This document shows, piece by piece, positions 48,700 to 59,043 of a stretch of 64,000 nucleotides of DNA. Every line of letters starts with the position of its first letter. The first letter of the stretch is position 1. The stretch is from Candidatus Bilamarchaeaceae archaeon (lineage in GTDB: Archaea; Micrarchaeota; Micrarchaeia; Anstonellales; Bilamarchaeaceae): NCBI GenBank assembly GCA_038851325.1, contig JAWCKZ010000001.1:35769-99768 (forward strand), read 5' to 3'. The notes beneath the pieces were generated by a model. That model made no database searches. It saw nothing but the letters and a program-made list of their open reading frames with translations, and was not told where the DNA came from. The translations under genes were made by a program, and so were the position numbers.

Positions 48700-48761
48700 A
48701 AGGAATGAACGCTTCTGCCAAACCCGCATGATTAAAAAATTATGCGATTAAACAAGACTCC

Positions 48762-49604
48762 ATGAGAAGACTTCTACTATCATTGTTGATTTTAGGGATG
48801 CTAGTTCTCATCGGTTGTATTGGTGGCGGCGCAAAGAAATGCCAGACAAATGCAGATTGCCCGCCCTATCAGGAATGCAATGTAACCAGCGGTACATGCG
48901 AACTGAAGCCTGGCTACTGCAACACTGACGCCGAATGTGGCGATGAATTAATGACATGCAATACGAATACCCATATCTGCGAATTTAAAGCTGGAAGATG
49001 CCGGTTTGATAAGGATTGCCCATCATGGCAGGTCTGTAACGCTGAACAAAGATGCATAGCAGCTCCAGGGTATTGTGATTCTGATGCGCAATGTAATACT
49101 ACATTTGAGTATTGTAACCCAACAAGACATACGTGTTCTCCAAAACCAGGTTACTGCACTGCTGACACAGATTGTGCAGGATGGGAAACGTGTAAGATAA
49201 GCGAAGGAAGATGTAGACCAATAAGCGGGAGATGCAATGTAGACGGCGATTGTGAAACCTGGCAACTCTGCGATCTGAAGACGCATTGGTGTAAAGCTAA
49301 ACCAGAGTATTGCATAAACGATGCAGATTGCGGCACATGGGCCACTTGCGATACAAGTACACATAGATGTAGGGCACGGCAAGGGTATTGCTCAATGGAT
49401 AACGACTGCAATGAATGGGAATATTGCAGCACAACTACACGGAGATGCACGCCACGAAAGGATCACTGCAATACAAATGCCGACTGCGGTGCATGGCAAG
49501 TTTGTGTGAACCACTTCTGTGCTGCTAAAACAGGTTATTGCAATACAAATGATGACTGCGTAGCTGGCGAGGTTTGCAATCAGCAAACGCATATGTGCCA
49601 ATGA
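48762..49604 (+). CDS. secreted or lipoprotein-like protein built from about 12 Cys-rich repeats of ~24 aa
   Basis: Signal peptide with a lipobox-like LIGCIGG. Repeated C-x-x-D-x-D/E-C-x-x-W/Y-x-x-C-N/D…C units (e.g. CQTNADCPPYQECNVTSGTCELKPGY). Confidence 0.6.
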   Translation: MRRLLLSLLILGMLVLIGCIGGGAKKCQTNADCPPYQECNVTSGTCELKPGYCNTDAECGDELMTCNTNTHICEFKAGRCRFDKDCPSWQVCNAEQRCIAAPGYCDSDAQCNTTFEYCNPTRHTCSPKPGYCTADTDCAGWETCKISEGRCRPISGRCNVDGDCETWQLCDLKTHWCKAKPEYCINDADCGTWATCDTSTHRCRARQGYCSMDNDCNEWEYCSTTTRRCTPRKDHCNTNADCGAWQVCVNHFCAAKTGYCNTNDDCVAGEVCNQQTHMCQ

Positions 49605-49621
49605 TGGAGGCTCTCTAAAAC

Positions 49622-51670
49622 GTGGCGGACATGGAACTTGTTGTAGCAGAGAAACCTAAGGTCGCACAAAAAATAGCGACAGCGATATGCAAGAATCTGC
49701 AAAGAAAAATATACAACAATATTCCATACTATCATGGCGAGCGCAACGGAAAAGAAATTATTGTCGCATCAGCCGTAGGGCATGTTTATGCCCTTGTTGA
49801 ACGAGAGAGAACAAAAAGCTATCCTGTTTTTGATGTTGTGTGGGCGCCTGCTTATAAGGCATCAAAAGGTGCGGCTTACACAAAACAATACATCGCACTT
49901 CTAGAGGAACTTGGCAAAAAAGCAGATATTTTTGTGTCGGCGTGCGATTACGACATCGAAGGCTCCACGATAGCATACAATGTCTTCAGATTTGCCACAA
50001 AAATAAGAGAAGGCAGAAGAATGAAATTCTCAGCACTAACAACCAGAGATCTTTCAGAAGCTTATGAAAACATGGGTGATTTTGACTACAATAACGCATA
50101 TGCCGGAGAGGCGCGGCATATCCTTGATTGGTATTACGGTATAAATCTCAGCAGAGCACTCATGGCATCCTTAAGAACAGCAGCACGTCATAAAATAATG
50201 AGTATCGGAAGAGTTCAAGGCCCGGCACTTGATATCCTCGCCACGCTAGAGAACGAAATTAGGGCATTTGTGCCAGTTCCGTATTGGGTACTTACGATAA
50301 GTGTAAAGAATACAGCATTCACGCATAAGAAGAGACAATTCTTTGATGAAAAAGAGGCGGAAACCTCTTTACAGAGAACGGCAGATGAAGGAAGGGTTGT
50401 TAATATCAAGAAAGAGACTGTAAAGTTGTGGCCTAATCCGTGTTTTGATCTCACGAGCCTTCAAGTAGAAGCGCATAGGGTGTTTGGTTTCAATCCATCG
50501 AGAACGCTTCAACTTGCACAGACACTTTATGAGGATTCGCTCATTACCTATCCAAGGACATCGTCGCAACAAATTCCACCTACGATAAATCTCCACGCAA
50601 TTCTGAAAAAACTGAAAGACATAGAAGAATATAGAGAACCTGTGAGCAAGATAATAGAGAATGGGTGGTTTAGGGTGTTTCAAGGAAAGAAGGAAGACCC
50701 TGCCCATCCTGCGATCCATCCTACTGGTCTCAAACCTGAACGACTCGATAAGGAAAGCGCAAAGCTGTACGATCTCATAGTCAGACGTTTCCTCGCAGCC
50801 TTCGCCCCTCCTGCCGAGAAGGAGAATACTTTGGTTGAGATTGATGCTGGTGGAGAGTTATATGACGCGACTGGAAGCCATCTGAAAGAGCCAGGTTGGA
50901 TCAATTTTTATGGAAAATATTTTAAAAACAAAGAGAAGGAACTTCCAGAATTTGAAGAAGGGGAAATTGTAGAGATAAAGAAAAAGAAAAAAACACAAAA
51001 AGAAACACAACCGCCGAGAAGGCATACACAAGCATCAATGGTATCAGAGTTGGAGAAGAGAAAACTCGGAACAAAGGCGACAAGAAGCGTCATAATAGAC
51101 ACTCTATTCAAAAGAGGTTACATAACTGGAAAACAGATAGAGGTTACAGATTTTGGTCTTAAGGTGCGCGATATCTTGAAAAAATATGCGCCAGAGATCT
51201 TGGATGAAGAACTCACGAGAAAGATAGAAGAGGATATGGAAAAGATACAGGAAGGGAAAATAGAGAAGGAGGAAGTGATAGCTGAAGGAAAAGAGATCCT
51301 TATACAAATTCTTGACAAATGGAAAACAAACGAAGAAAGGATAGGTCGTGAACTTTCAGAATCGTTAAAACTTACAGAGAGCAAGGAGGGCAGCGTTGGA
51401 CGATGTGATAAATGCGGCGGAGAGCTCAGAATTATTCGAATGAAAGGTGGAAAGCAGTTTATTGGATGTTCAAACTACCCAAACTGCACAAATACCTACC
51501 CTCTTCCCCCGAGTGCGTTTGTAAAACCAACAACAAAAGCATGCTCTGTATGCGGCAAGCCGGTTGTGCTTGTTCTGAAAAACAAGAGTAGATTTGAAAT
51601 GTGTATTGATATAAAATGCCCTTCAAAAGAAAAATGGAGGCGAGGGAATAAAGATGAGAAAGATTCTTGA
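49622..51670 (+). CDS. topA: type IA DNA topoisomerase (Toprim + C-terminal zinc ribbons)
   Basis: N-terminal Toprim (MELVVAEKPKVAQKIA…) and a C-terminal pair of Cys4 ribbons (CDKCGGEL…CSNYPNC…CSVCGKP…CPSKEK). Active-site Tyr region …LITYPRTSSQ…. Confidence 0.8.
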   Translation: MADMELVVAEKPKVAQKIATAICKNLQRKIYNNIPYYHGERNGKEIIVASAVGHVYALVERERTKSYPVFDVVWAPAYKASKGAAYTKQYIALLEELGKKADIFVSACDYDIEGSTIAYNVFRFATKIREGRRMKFSALTTRDLSEAYENMGDFDYNNAYAGEARHILDWYYGINLSRALMASLRTAARHKIMSIGRVQGPALDILATLENEIRAFVPVPYWVLTISVKNTAFTHKKRQFFDEKEAETSLQRTADEGRVVNIKKETVKLWPNPCFDLTSLQVEAHRVFGFNPSRTLQLAQTLYEDSLITYPRTSSQQIPPTINLHAILKKLKDIEEYREPVSKIIENGWFRVFQGKKEDPAHPAIHPTGLKPERLDKESAKLYDLIVRRFLAAFAPPAEKENTLVEIDAGGELYDATGSHLKEPGWINFYGKYFKNKEKELPEFEEGEIVEIKKKKKTQKETQPPRRHTQASMVSELEKRKLGTKATRSVIIDTLFKRGYITGKQIEVTDFGLKVRDILKKYAPEILDEELTRKIEEDMEKIQEGKIEKEEVIAEGKEILIQILDKWKTNEERIGRELSESLKLTESKEGSVGRCDKCGGELRIIRMKGGKQFIGCSNYPNCTNTYPLPPSAFVKPTTKACSVCGKPVVLVLKNKSRFEMCIDIKCPSKEKWRRGNKDEKDS

Positions 51671-52835
51671 CTATGATGTAAATGGAAAAAGCATTCTTCT
51701 CCGGGTTGATTTAAATTCTCCTGTAGTGAATGGAAAAGTCATCCTCAACGAAAGGATTTCAACACATGTTAAAACTATGGATAAGCTGAGCAGAAGAGGC
51801 GCAAGGGTCATAGTGCTTGCGCATCAGGGGAGGAAAGGTGAACCAGATTTTGTGAGCCTTAGGCAACATGCTCATTATATTACCAATATCTTAGGCAAGA
51901 ACATCACATTTGTCCCAGACCTCACTGGCCCAAAGATTAGTAACGCTCTGAAATCCGCAAAGAACGGTGATATTATTCTCCTGGAAAACGTGCGGTTTTT
52001 AGAGTCCGAAGAGAGGGAGAGCGGAGAGATCGTAAAGATGCTCACTCCATTAGCAGATTATTTTGTTCTTGATGCCATGAGTGTTGCGCATCGAGCGCAT
52101 GCGAGTGTTGTCGGTTTCACGAAAACACTCCCATCATTCTATGGCCCTGTACTTGCTGAAGAGGTGGATGCTATCTCAAAGGTTATGAGTGCGAATGATG
52201 TCACGTTCGTTCTTGGTGGTTCAAAAGCAGGAGATTCGCTTGGTATTATAGAAAACTGGATGCGAACTAAAAAAAGAGGTAGATTTTTACTCGGTGGCGC
52301 GCTTTCGCTTTTGTTTCTAAAATCAAAGGGGTTTTTCCTTGGCGCATCTGAAGAATTCTTAAAAAAGGAGAACCTATTGGAACATCTTGAGGATGTCAGA
52401 GCAATTTGTGAAAATGAAAATATTACTCTTCCTCACGACGTTGGGGTTTGCGTCGATGGGAACCGTATCGAAATTCCCGTTGGAAGTATAACGCAAGGAA
52501 ATGTTTGGGACATAGGAAAGAAAACGGCAGAGCATTATGCTGGTATAATCGCTAATTCCAGCGTGGTTGTTATGAACGGCCCGATGGGGGTATACGAGAT
52601 GAAAGGTTTCGAGATCGGCACAAAGATTGTTTTAGAAGCAATAGCCAACAGCAAATGCTTCTCCTTACTTGGTGGCGGGCACACTGTCTCTGCACTTGAA
52701 GCGCTTAAATTTGATAAAAAGTTGTTTGGGTATGTTAGCCTCTCCGGAAAGGCACTTATAAAATACCTTTGCGGAGAAAAACTTGTTGCCCTGAAGGCAC
52801 TCGAGGACAATGAAAAAAACTTTATGGTTAAATAG
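51654..52835 (+). CDS. pgk: phosphoglycerate kinase
   Basis: N-terminal …SILLRVDLNSP…, …VIVLAHQGR…, C-terminal nucleotide-binding region. 17-nt overlap with the topA stop. Confidence 0.9.
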   Translation: MRKILDYDVNGKSILLRVDLNSPVVNGKVILNERISTHVKTMDKLSRRGARVIVLAHQGRKGEPDFVSLRQHAHYITNILGKNITFVPDLTGPKISNALKSAKNGDIILLENVRFLESEERESGEIVKMLTPLADYFVLDAMSVAHRAHASVVGFTKTLPSFYGPVLAEEVDAISKVMSANDVTFVLGGSKAGDSLGIIENWMRTKKRGRFLLGGALSLLFLKSKGFFLGASEEFLKKENLLEHLEDVRAICENENITLPHDVGVCVDGNRIEIPVGSITQGNVWDIGKKTAEHYAGIIANSSVVVMNGPMGVYEMKGFEIGTKIVLEAIANSKCFSLLGGGHTVSALEALKFDKKLFGYVSLSGKALIKYLCGEKLVALKALEDNEKNFMVK

Positions 52836-53994
52836 ACTTCCTTGTGAGCTTTTTGTAGATAGAAAGGAATCTTTTTACCACATTCTCAATCTCATATCGT
52901 TTGGCTTCTTTCTTACCGAACATGCCAAGCCTTTTCCGTAATTTTCTGTTTTTGAGAATGCGTATCACGTTCGTAGCAAGGGCTACCTCATCACCAGGTT
53001 CGGTAAGCAACCCTGTTTGCGCTCTTATTACACTGGCGGCACCAAGTCTTTTCACTCCAACAACAGGCAACCCAAAGTACATGGCTTCAACAAACGTTAG
53101 TCCAAATGTCTCACTGTCAGATGCGGACACAAAAACATCTGCAGTTTTATAAAGTAATGGGAGAACGCGATCAGGGACAAAACCAGTAAACAGGACACCC
53201 TTAAGCCTCATAGCATTTGCAAGTTTTTTGTAGTCGGCAAGGTATGGACCGCTCCCAGCGATCACCAAACACGCGTTCGGAACTTCTTTTTTCACCAGCC
53301 TGAAGGCGCTAAGCAAAACTTCTATCCTCTTCTCGAAACTTATCCTACCAACGTAGAGCACCAAAAGAGCATCATTTGGTATGTTGTAAAATTTTCTGAT
53401 ATCCTGCCTTGTAGACACATTTTCGAATTTTGAAAATGAGATCCCGTTTGGAATGTAATTAACATTTCTTATTCCGTATCCTTCCAGCTCCCTTTTCAGA
53501 GCAGTAGTCGGCGCGGTAACAACATCAGCCTGCGAAAAAACTATACCAACGAGCTTCTGCACTGGGATTTTTGCCATATCAGCAATCCACCCTCTCAGAA
53601 GCCCTTTTGAGAGATGCGGGAGATAGTCTGGAAAATGCGTATGGTAAGTAGCTACAACAGGTATACGCATTTTTTTGCCAACCAGAAGAGCCCTTAAACC
53701 AAGGAGCACTGGGGCGTGAAGATGGATAACATCTGGCTTTTCAGCTGCAAGGAGTTCTGCGATTTTTTTCCTTCTTATTGTGGCCATTCTATAGCCTTCA
53801 TAAAAGGGAAAAGGAAGCGCTGGGACTGAATATACTCTTATTCCTCCCTTTTTCTCAATTTTTAATTCTCTATCTCCAGGTGCAAAGAGCACCACCTCAG
53901 CATACTTGGAAAGCACTGGAAGAAAATCTGAAAGAAATGTAACAACGCCATTTTTTTGAGGATAATAGGTATCTGTGAATAAGGCTACCTTCAT
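52828..53994 (-). CDS. glycosyltransferase family 4
   Basis: GT-B fold. C-terminal …EAMYFGLPVVGVKRLGAASVI… (E-x7-E-like region). Confidence 0.8.
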   Translation of the reverse strand: MKVALFTDTYYPQKNGVVTFLSDFLPVLSKYAEVVLFAPGDRELKIEKKGGIRVYSVPALPFPFYEGYRMATIRRKKIAELLAAEKPDVIHLHAPVLLGLRALLVGKKMRIPVVATYHTHFPDYLPHLSKGLLRGWIADMAKIPVQKLVGIVFSQADVVTAPTTALKRELEGYGIRNVNYIPNGISFSKFENVSTRQDIRKFYNIPNDALLVLYVGRISFEKRIEVLLSAFRLVKKEVPNACLVIAGSGPYLADYKKLANAMRLKGVLFTGFVPDRVLPLLYKTADVFVSASDSETFGLTFVEAMYFGLPVVGVKRLGAASVIRAQTGLLTEPGDEVALATNVIRILKNRKLRKRLGMFGKKEAKRYEIENVVKRFLSIYKKLTRKSI

Positions 53995-54008
53995 ACTCTT
54001 TTAGCCCC

Positions 54009-55034
54009 TCAATCCTTCACGATTGCATATCCGTTTTGGTCTATAACGATTTTTACCGTCCCCAACTTATATGTCTCATAATACGTCATGTGATATTGCT
54101 CTTGCTCCATCACTCTCTTAAAAGGAAGCCGTGTGGAACCCTCGACCTCCATCGTCTCATCAGAGCAGCCACATATAATTGCATTCCTTGGTTTGCTTGC
54201 TTGAAGGAAAAAGGCTATATTTGCAGTTCCAGCACCGACGCCGTAATAGGGTGCTTCAATCACATCCGCTTTTATTTTCTCTCTGAAGGTATTCACGATG
54301 TCTCCCTGCGCACCGGTTTGTATGTTCGATAGAAGCAAGACGGTTGTATTTCTATCAGATAGCAGGAGCACAACAGCATCATTATTAACATCATCAAACT
54401 GTGGTTCCTTTGGATTGAGAGCTTCAAATTTTATCCCATTAAACTCGCGTTCGTATCCTCTTTTCACAATAACAGTATTCTCTGCTTTCTCGCTTACGGC
54501 TTCCACAGTCGAACGATAGTCTTGTGAGAGAGAAACACCGCCCCACCAAAACTCTTCTATCTGGTAAACAGCAGCAATCGATAACAATCCGCCATATCGA
54601 CGTGGGTCCCCTGCTGTTGAAACGAGAACATCTATGTCATCCACACCCTTTTTTCTTAACAAATCAAGAACACGACCGGATGTTGTTGTGGACCCGGCAT
54701 CTATGAGCATATCAAAATCTCCTTTTTTTATGAAAATTGATGAGCCGTGTTCTCCGCTGGAGTAATCGCATACATCAATAAAGTAGACACCGAGCTTTTC
54801 AGATGGAGCGTATGTATAATTCACACCTACTTCCTCAATCTTTTCCTCAGTTATATTTTCCTCTGTTTCTCCATAGCTTTCATTTCTTATTTGAGTGATA
54901 TTTTTCTGGGGCTCTGTTACGATTATGATTGTTTTATTTTTCTCTGTTTCATTAACAGGCTGCTGTGTCTCCCCAACGCAACCAAGAGCACACACGAGCA
55001 AGATTATTAACGCCAACAAAGTCAATCGTTTCAT
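54009..55034 (-). CDS. secreted MBL-fold (ComEC/Rec2 lactamase-like) domain protein, metal-site motifs degenerate
   Basis: Signal peptide. …GSSIFIKKGDFDMLIDAGS…DVLVSTAGDPRRYGG… resembles the ComEC beta-lactamase domain, but the canonical HxHxDH is not preserved. Confidence 0.5.
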   Translation of the reverse strand: MKRLTLLALIILLVCALGCVGETQQPVNETEKNKTIIIVTEPQKNITQIRNESYGETEENITEEKIEEVGVNYTYAPSEKLGVYFIDVCDYSSGEHGSSIFIKKGDFDMLIDAGSTTTSGRVLDLLRKKGVDDIDVLVSTAGDPRRYGGLLSIAAVYQIEEFWWGGVSLSQDYRSTVEAVSEKAENTVIVKRGYEREFNGIKFEALNPKEPQFDDVNNDAVVLLLSDRNTTVLLLSNIQTGAQGDIVNTFREKIKADVIEAPYYGVGAGTANIAFFLQASKPRNAIICGCSDETMEVEGSTRLPFKRVMEQEQYHMTYYETYKLGTVKIVIDQNGYAIVKD

Positions 55035-56530
55035 AATGATACCTTTTCGTGTACGATGTTTTCTTCTATCTTGTCAATGAGCTCTTTTATATTCACCCGT
55101 TCCTGTTTTCCATCATTTCTATATCTTATTGTGACGGTGTCGTCCTTTAAAGTATCATAGTCAACCGTTATAGCGTACGGAACGCCTATTTCATCAGCCC
55201 TCGCATACCGTCTACCGATACTTCCGCTCTCGCTGTACAGAATAGACAACTCTTTTCTGAGTAATCGCGCAACATCTCTTGCTTTCTCATCAAGTCCATC
55301 GCGTTTCATTAATGGATAAACTGCTGCATCGTAAGGTGCTATTGCTGGGCGGAAGTCGAACCATTCCCAATCCTTGTCTAAGCTTGCCTCCCTGAGAGCA
55401 TGTTCCAATACGCAAAAGAACAGTCTGTCTACTCCGAGGGAAGCCTCAAAAACATGCGGGATTATCTTTCTCCCTCCCAGAGACACTGCAAAATTTTCTC
55501 CGCTGAACTTTGCATGCTGTGAGAGATCAAAATCAGTGCGATAGGCGTTCCCTATAGTTTCTATTATACCAAAAGAAGTCTCTACCTCCATGTCTATATT
55601 TCTTCTTGAATAGTGCGGGGTTTCCTCTTCGCCAAGGACCCGGAAGTACATCCTAAGTTCGTCTACCCCGACAGCTTTGTAGAACTTCCACTCCTTTACA
55701 AGAAAATAAGCAAAAATCTCGTTTGGCACTATTCCCTCGGCCACGCACTCATCGGCAGTCTTTATCTCCGTCTTTCCATTGATCATAAACCTCATCTTAT
55801 AATCGGCGACATCTACAAATCGAGGTATCTCCTGATTCTCAGGATCAAAGAAATACTCTAACTCCATCTGCGTAAATTCTCGCATTCTGATCAATCCTTT
55901 ACGGGGCGATATCTCGTTGCGGAAACTACGACCGATCTGACCAATCGCCATCGGAAGTGCAGTTCCATGGTTTCTGAAAAGTCTTGGGAAGGCTGTAAAA
56001 ATACCCTGAGCAGTTTCTGGGCGCACATAAGCTGGTGCTCTCTCAGCCCCTATACCGGTAGCAAACATAAGGTTAAACATGCGCGCGTGCGAGAATTCAG
56101 AACTGCATCTTGGGCATTTCAGTCCATTCTCCTCAAGGGCCTTATTTAGACTTTCTATCTTTCCATCCCATTTAAAATCGCTTATCGTATCTGCTATAAA
56201 GGAGTCGGCACGAACCTTTGTGCCGCACTTTTTGCACTCAAATATGGGGTCTGCAAAGTTATCAACATGCCCGGATGCTTTTAGGATAATCTCTGGAGTG
56301 ATGAGTGCAGACTCTACTTCAAGAAATCCTTCTTCCTGTATAAACATCTTGCGCCAGAGCGCCTCTATCTTGCGCTTTATGGGTGTACCAACCGGCCCGT
56401 AGTCATAGAGCCCGCCGGTTGCACCGTATGGCTCGTTTGAGGGATAGAAAAAAGATCTTTTGAGTGCCAAATCAAAAATCTTCTCATACAGCTTCATAAA
56501 ATCACTAATAGCCATTTCTGATGTTTGCAA
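55031..56530 (-). CDS. glyS: glycyl-tRNA synthetase (archaeal/eukaryotic alpha2 type)
   Basis: Class II motifs (…FRNEISPRKGLIRMREFTQMELE…, …GVDRLFF…) and a C-terminal anticodon-binding domain. Confidence 0.9.
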   Translation of the reverse strand: MQTSEMAISDFMKLYEKIFDLALKRSFFYPSNEPYGATGGLYDYGPVGTPIKRKIEALWRKMFIQEEGFLEVESALITPEIILKASGHVDNFADPIFECKKCGTKVRADSFIADTISDFKWDGKIESLNKALEENGLKCPRCSSEFSHARMFNLMFATGIGAERAPAYVRPETAQGIFTAFPRLFRNHGTALPMAIGQIGRSFRNEISPRKGLIRMREFTQMELEYFFDPENQEIPRFVDVADYKMRFMINGKTEIKTADECVAEGIVPNEIFAYFLVKEWKFYKAVGVDELRMYFRVLGEEETPHYSRRNIDMEVETSFGIIETIGNAYRTDFDLSQHAKFSGENFAVSLGGRKIIPHVFEASLGVDRLFFCVLEHALREASLDKDWEWFDFRPAIAPYDAAVYPLMKRDGLDEKARDVARLLRKELSILYSESGSIGRRYARADEIGVPYAITVDYDTLKDDTVTIRYRNDGKQERVNIKELIDKIEENIVHEKVSL

Positions 56531-56535
56531 AGAAC

Positions 56536-57264
56536 TTAATCAACCTTGTTTATCTTTATACGCGCCTTCATGGTCGGAAAACTCAGATCAAAATAATCAC
56601 ACTCTCCAGGCTCGCGCATAACAATGCTGGCGTTCTTTCCAGGACTTATCACACCCGTATCAAACAGCGGCAGGCATGTCGCCGAGCGCGGGTACCCGCC
56701 CTCATTTACCCAGGTTACTGTATCTCCAACATTCACGGTTGCAGTTGCAGGCTCGTATGAGAAGTCTTTTATTTTAATCACATGCTCCACGGGAGTATAC
56801 TCTGTTATTACCTTTCTAACATAAAATCGCACAGACCTGCTTATCTTCGGGGTGTAAGAGCTGCCATCGTTGTGAACAAGCTCTATTCTTAGAACATGTT
56901 CCCCTTCCCCGACATTTTCGAGCGTGAATACCTTTTTGTATTCAGAGAAGCGCTCGCTCTCGTCCAGCGTAACCAAAAAATGTCCTTCCCCTATTTTTTT
57001 AGCGCCTCCCTCTCTAATAACAAGGTTCTTCGTACTCAGTACAACCTCAACAGCGCTCACACCCTCTGAAGTCAGAAAAACCTCGTCATCATCTGGTGCG
57101 ACGATAGTAAATGATGGAAGTTCTACAACTGGTTGCGGTTTAGTTATGTTTTCAGTAACATTCGTTGTCTCTTGAGCCTCGCCACCGATGCACCCGGCCA
57201 TAAGCAGGAAGACTGCGAATAAAGACAGAGTAAGCATAGCGTCTTCTTTCATAAAATCGACCAA
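56536..57264 (-). CDS. secreted cupredoxin-like (plastocyanin-fold) protein, copper ligands apparently incomplete
   Basis: Signal/TM N-terminus. C-terminal …TVNVGDTVTWVNEGGYPRSATCLPLFDTGVISPGKNASIVMREPGECDYFDLSFPTMKARI… parallels plastocyanin/halocyanin but lacks the two His ligands. Confidence 0.45.
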   Translation of the reverse strand: MVDFMKEDAMLTLSLFAVFLLMAGCIGGEAQETTNVTENITKPQPVVELPSFTIVAPDDDEVFLTSEGVSAVEVVLSTKNLVIREGGAKKIGEGHFLVTLDESERFSEYKKVFTLENVGEGEHVLRIELVHNDGSSYTPKISRSVRFYVRKVITEYTPVEHVIKIKDFSYEPATATVNVGDTVTWVNEGGYPRSATCLPLFDTGVISPGKNASIVMREPGECDYFDLSFPTMKARIKINKVD

Positions 57265-57327
57265 CTATTCTAATACGCCAGAAGGTTTATATTCTCTTTT
57301 ATTCTATAGCCAGACGGGGGTGTGAAT

Positions 57328-58071
57328 ATGAAAATCGTTGCAGCAGACGCATCATCTTTAAAGGCAGCTATAGACGCCATCGTTAATCTTGTAGAGGAGG
57401 GGGAATTTGAGGTTCTTAAAGATGGGCTTTATCTGAAGGCTATGGATCCGTCACAAATTTCGATGGTTTCATTTAAAATGCCAAGAACAGCATTTGAAGA
57501 GTACGCTATAACAGAGGATAGCAGAATAGGTGTGGACATCATCCAACTCTCAAATGTACTTTCAAGGGGAAGGCGCGGGGAGAAAGCCGAGTTGGGTGTG
57601 GACGAAGGCAAACTTGTAATAAAGTTTTATGCGGCAAAAAGAAAAAGGACATTCAAAGTTCCACTACGCGAAATCGGAGAAAGAATTCAGAAAGAACCTA
57701 GGATAGATTTTAGAAATTATGTTGTTGTGAGGGCAGAAGCAATGAAGGAAGCACTTAAGGATGCAAAGCTCGTGAGCTCCCATGTGCGGTTGGCTTTAAG
57801 TCCATCCGAGTTTTCTATTGAGGTGAGAGGCGATAGCGGGGATGTAAACGAGCAGTTCGAAGTTGGAGGGGAAGAGGTGGTAGAAATAAAAACGACTCAA
57901 GGTGCAAAAGCAACCTTCCCGCTCCAGTACCTTGAAGACATGATGAAGGCGTCAAGCAGCGCTACACCAGTAAAAGTCTCTTTAGAAACTGACAAACCAC
58001 TCAAGCTTGAATACGGTATCGAGGGTGCGGAGGTTACTTACTATCTAGCCCCGAGAATAGAGACAGAATAA
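57328..58071 (+). CDS. pcn: DNA polymerase sliding clamp PCNA
   Basis: About 247 aa. …LKAMDPSQISMVSFKMPRTAFEEY…, typical PCNA length and two-domain repeat. Confidence 0.85.
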   Translation: MKIVAADASSLKAAIDAIVNLVEEGEFEVLKDGLYLKAMDPSQISMVSFKMPRTAFEEYAITEDSRIGVDIIQLSNVLSRGRRGEKAELGVDEGKLVIKFYAAKRKRTFKVPLREIGERIQKEPRIDFRNYVVVRAEAMKEALKDAKLVSSHVRLALSPSEFSIEVRGDSGDVNEQFEVGGEEVVEIKTTQGAKATFPLQYLEDMMKASSSATPVKVSLETDKPLKLEYGIEGAEVTYYLAPRIETE

Positions 58072-58145
58072 GAAGGCAGAACTGCTTTAAGAACGGATTT
58101 AAATATTTCTGGACAAAAAATTATAAGAAAGCGGGGTGGGTGTAG

Positions 58146-59027
58146 GTGAAAAAAATCGACTGCTTAGAAAAACATATAGACGAAAGCGCAAAAAGGCTTG
58201 AAGAGCTCGATGGCGCAAAGCAGGACGAATACGAGCTGCCATATTTTTCAAAAGATGTTCCCCTGTCATCCCAGAAAAGACGTTCCGGACACTTAATGAC
58301 AGTCACATATAACTGGCAAAATCTTTACGAAACGACCATGAAGATAAAGGAGATAACATACGAAGAAAACGCCGGACTCGCAGAGCTTTACAAGATCCCT
58401 TTGCATGATGGTGTAGACCGAGGCGCATTTAATTTCAGAGGGAATGTATATACGATATATAAGGTCAGTGAGTACGCAGCCAAGAAAATATACGAAAATG
58501 CAAAGATGGTCACAGAAATTGTAGAGAAGATAGTTGGATACTTCAAAACAATGCTTGGAAACTTTTATATAATCGGAAAGATTGAGCAGGAGGCGTGGGT
58601 GTTTGATGAAGAACGCAAAGCAGAAGGTATAAACATCTTGAATGTTTCATCATTAAGAGAGGATTGCAAAAGAACACTTTTCGAGCGAACCTTGGAAAAG
58701 ATCGCTGACCTTCACCTCAACGACTTCATTCTTGGAAACTTTTCAATTAATAGTGTGATGCTACACGATAAGAAATTGCTCTTCTCTGATTTGAGAATGC
58801 TTAAGAAAACAAGGAAATTGTCATTTTTAGTACGGGAATTCCAAAAGGTTATCTCTGTACTCTGCACGAATGGTATTGTGGCTGAACAGGAGCAGATTGC
58901 ATATGCTGTCAGGTACTATGTAGGCGAAAACCCAATCGCATCAAAAGAGTGGTTTAAGGAAGAAACAAAAAGAGAGCCAAAGGATGACGAGGAGATAGCA
59001 GAGCTCCTTGAGCGCAAGTTCTGTTAG
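58146..59027 (+). CDS. hypothetical protein (293 aa) with a kinase-like catalytic-loop remnant
   Basis: …IADLHLNDFILGNFSINSVMLHDKKLLFSDL… resembles the HxDxxxxN…D region of atypical (RIO/Bud32/Kdo-like) kinases. No glycine-rich loop was seen. Confidence 0.4.
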   Translation: MKKIDCLEKHIDESAKRLEELDGAKQDEYELPYFSKDVPLSSQKRRSGHLMTVTYNWQNLYETTMKIKEITYEENAGLAELYKIPLHDGVDRGAFNFRGNVYTIYKVSEYAAKKIYENAKMVTEIVEKIVGYFKTMLGNFYIIGKIEQEAWVFDEERKAEGINILNVSSLREDCKRTLFERTLEKIADLHLNDFILGNFSINSVMLHDKKLLFSDLRMLKKTRKLSFLVREFQKVISVLCTNGIVAEQEQIAYAVRYYVGENPIASKEWFKEETKREPKDDEEIAELLERKFC

Positions 59028-59043
59028 AATTGTAAGAAGAGAA

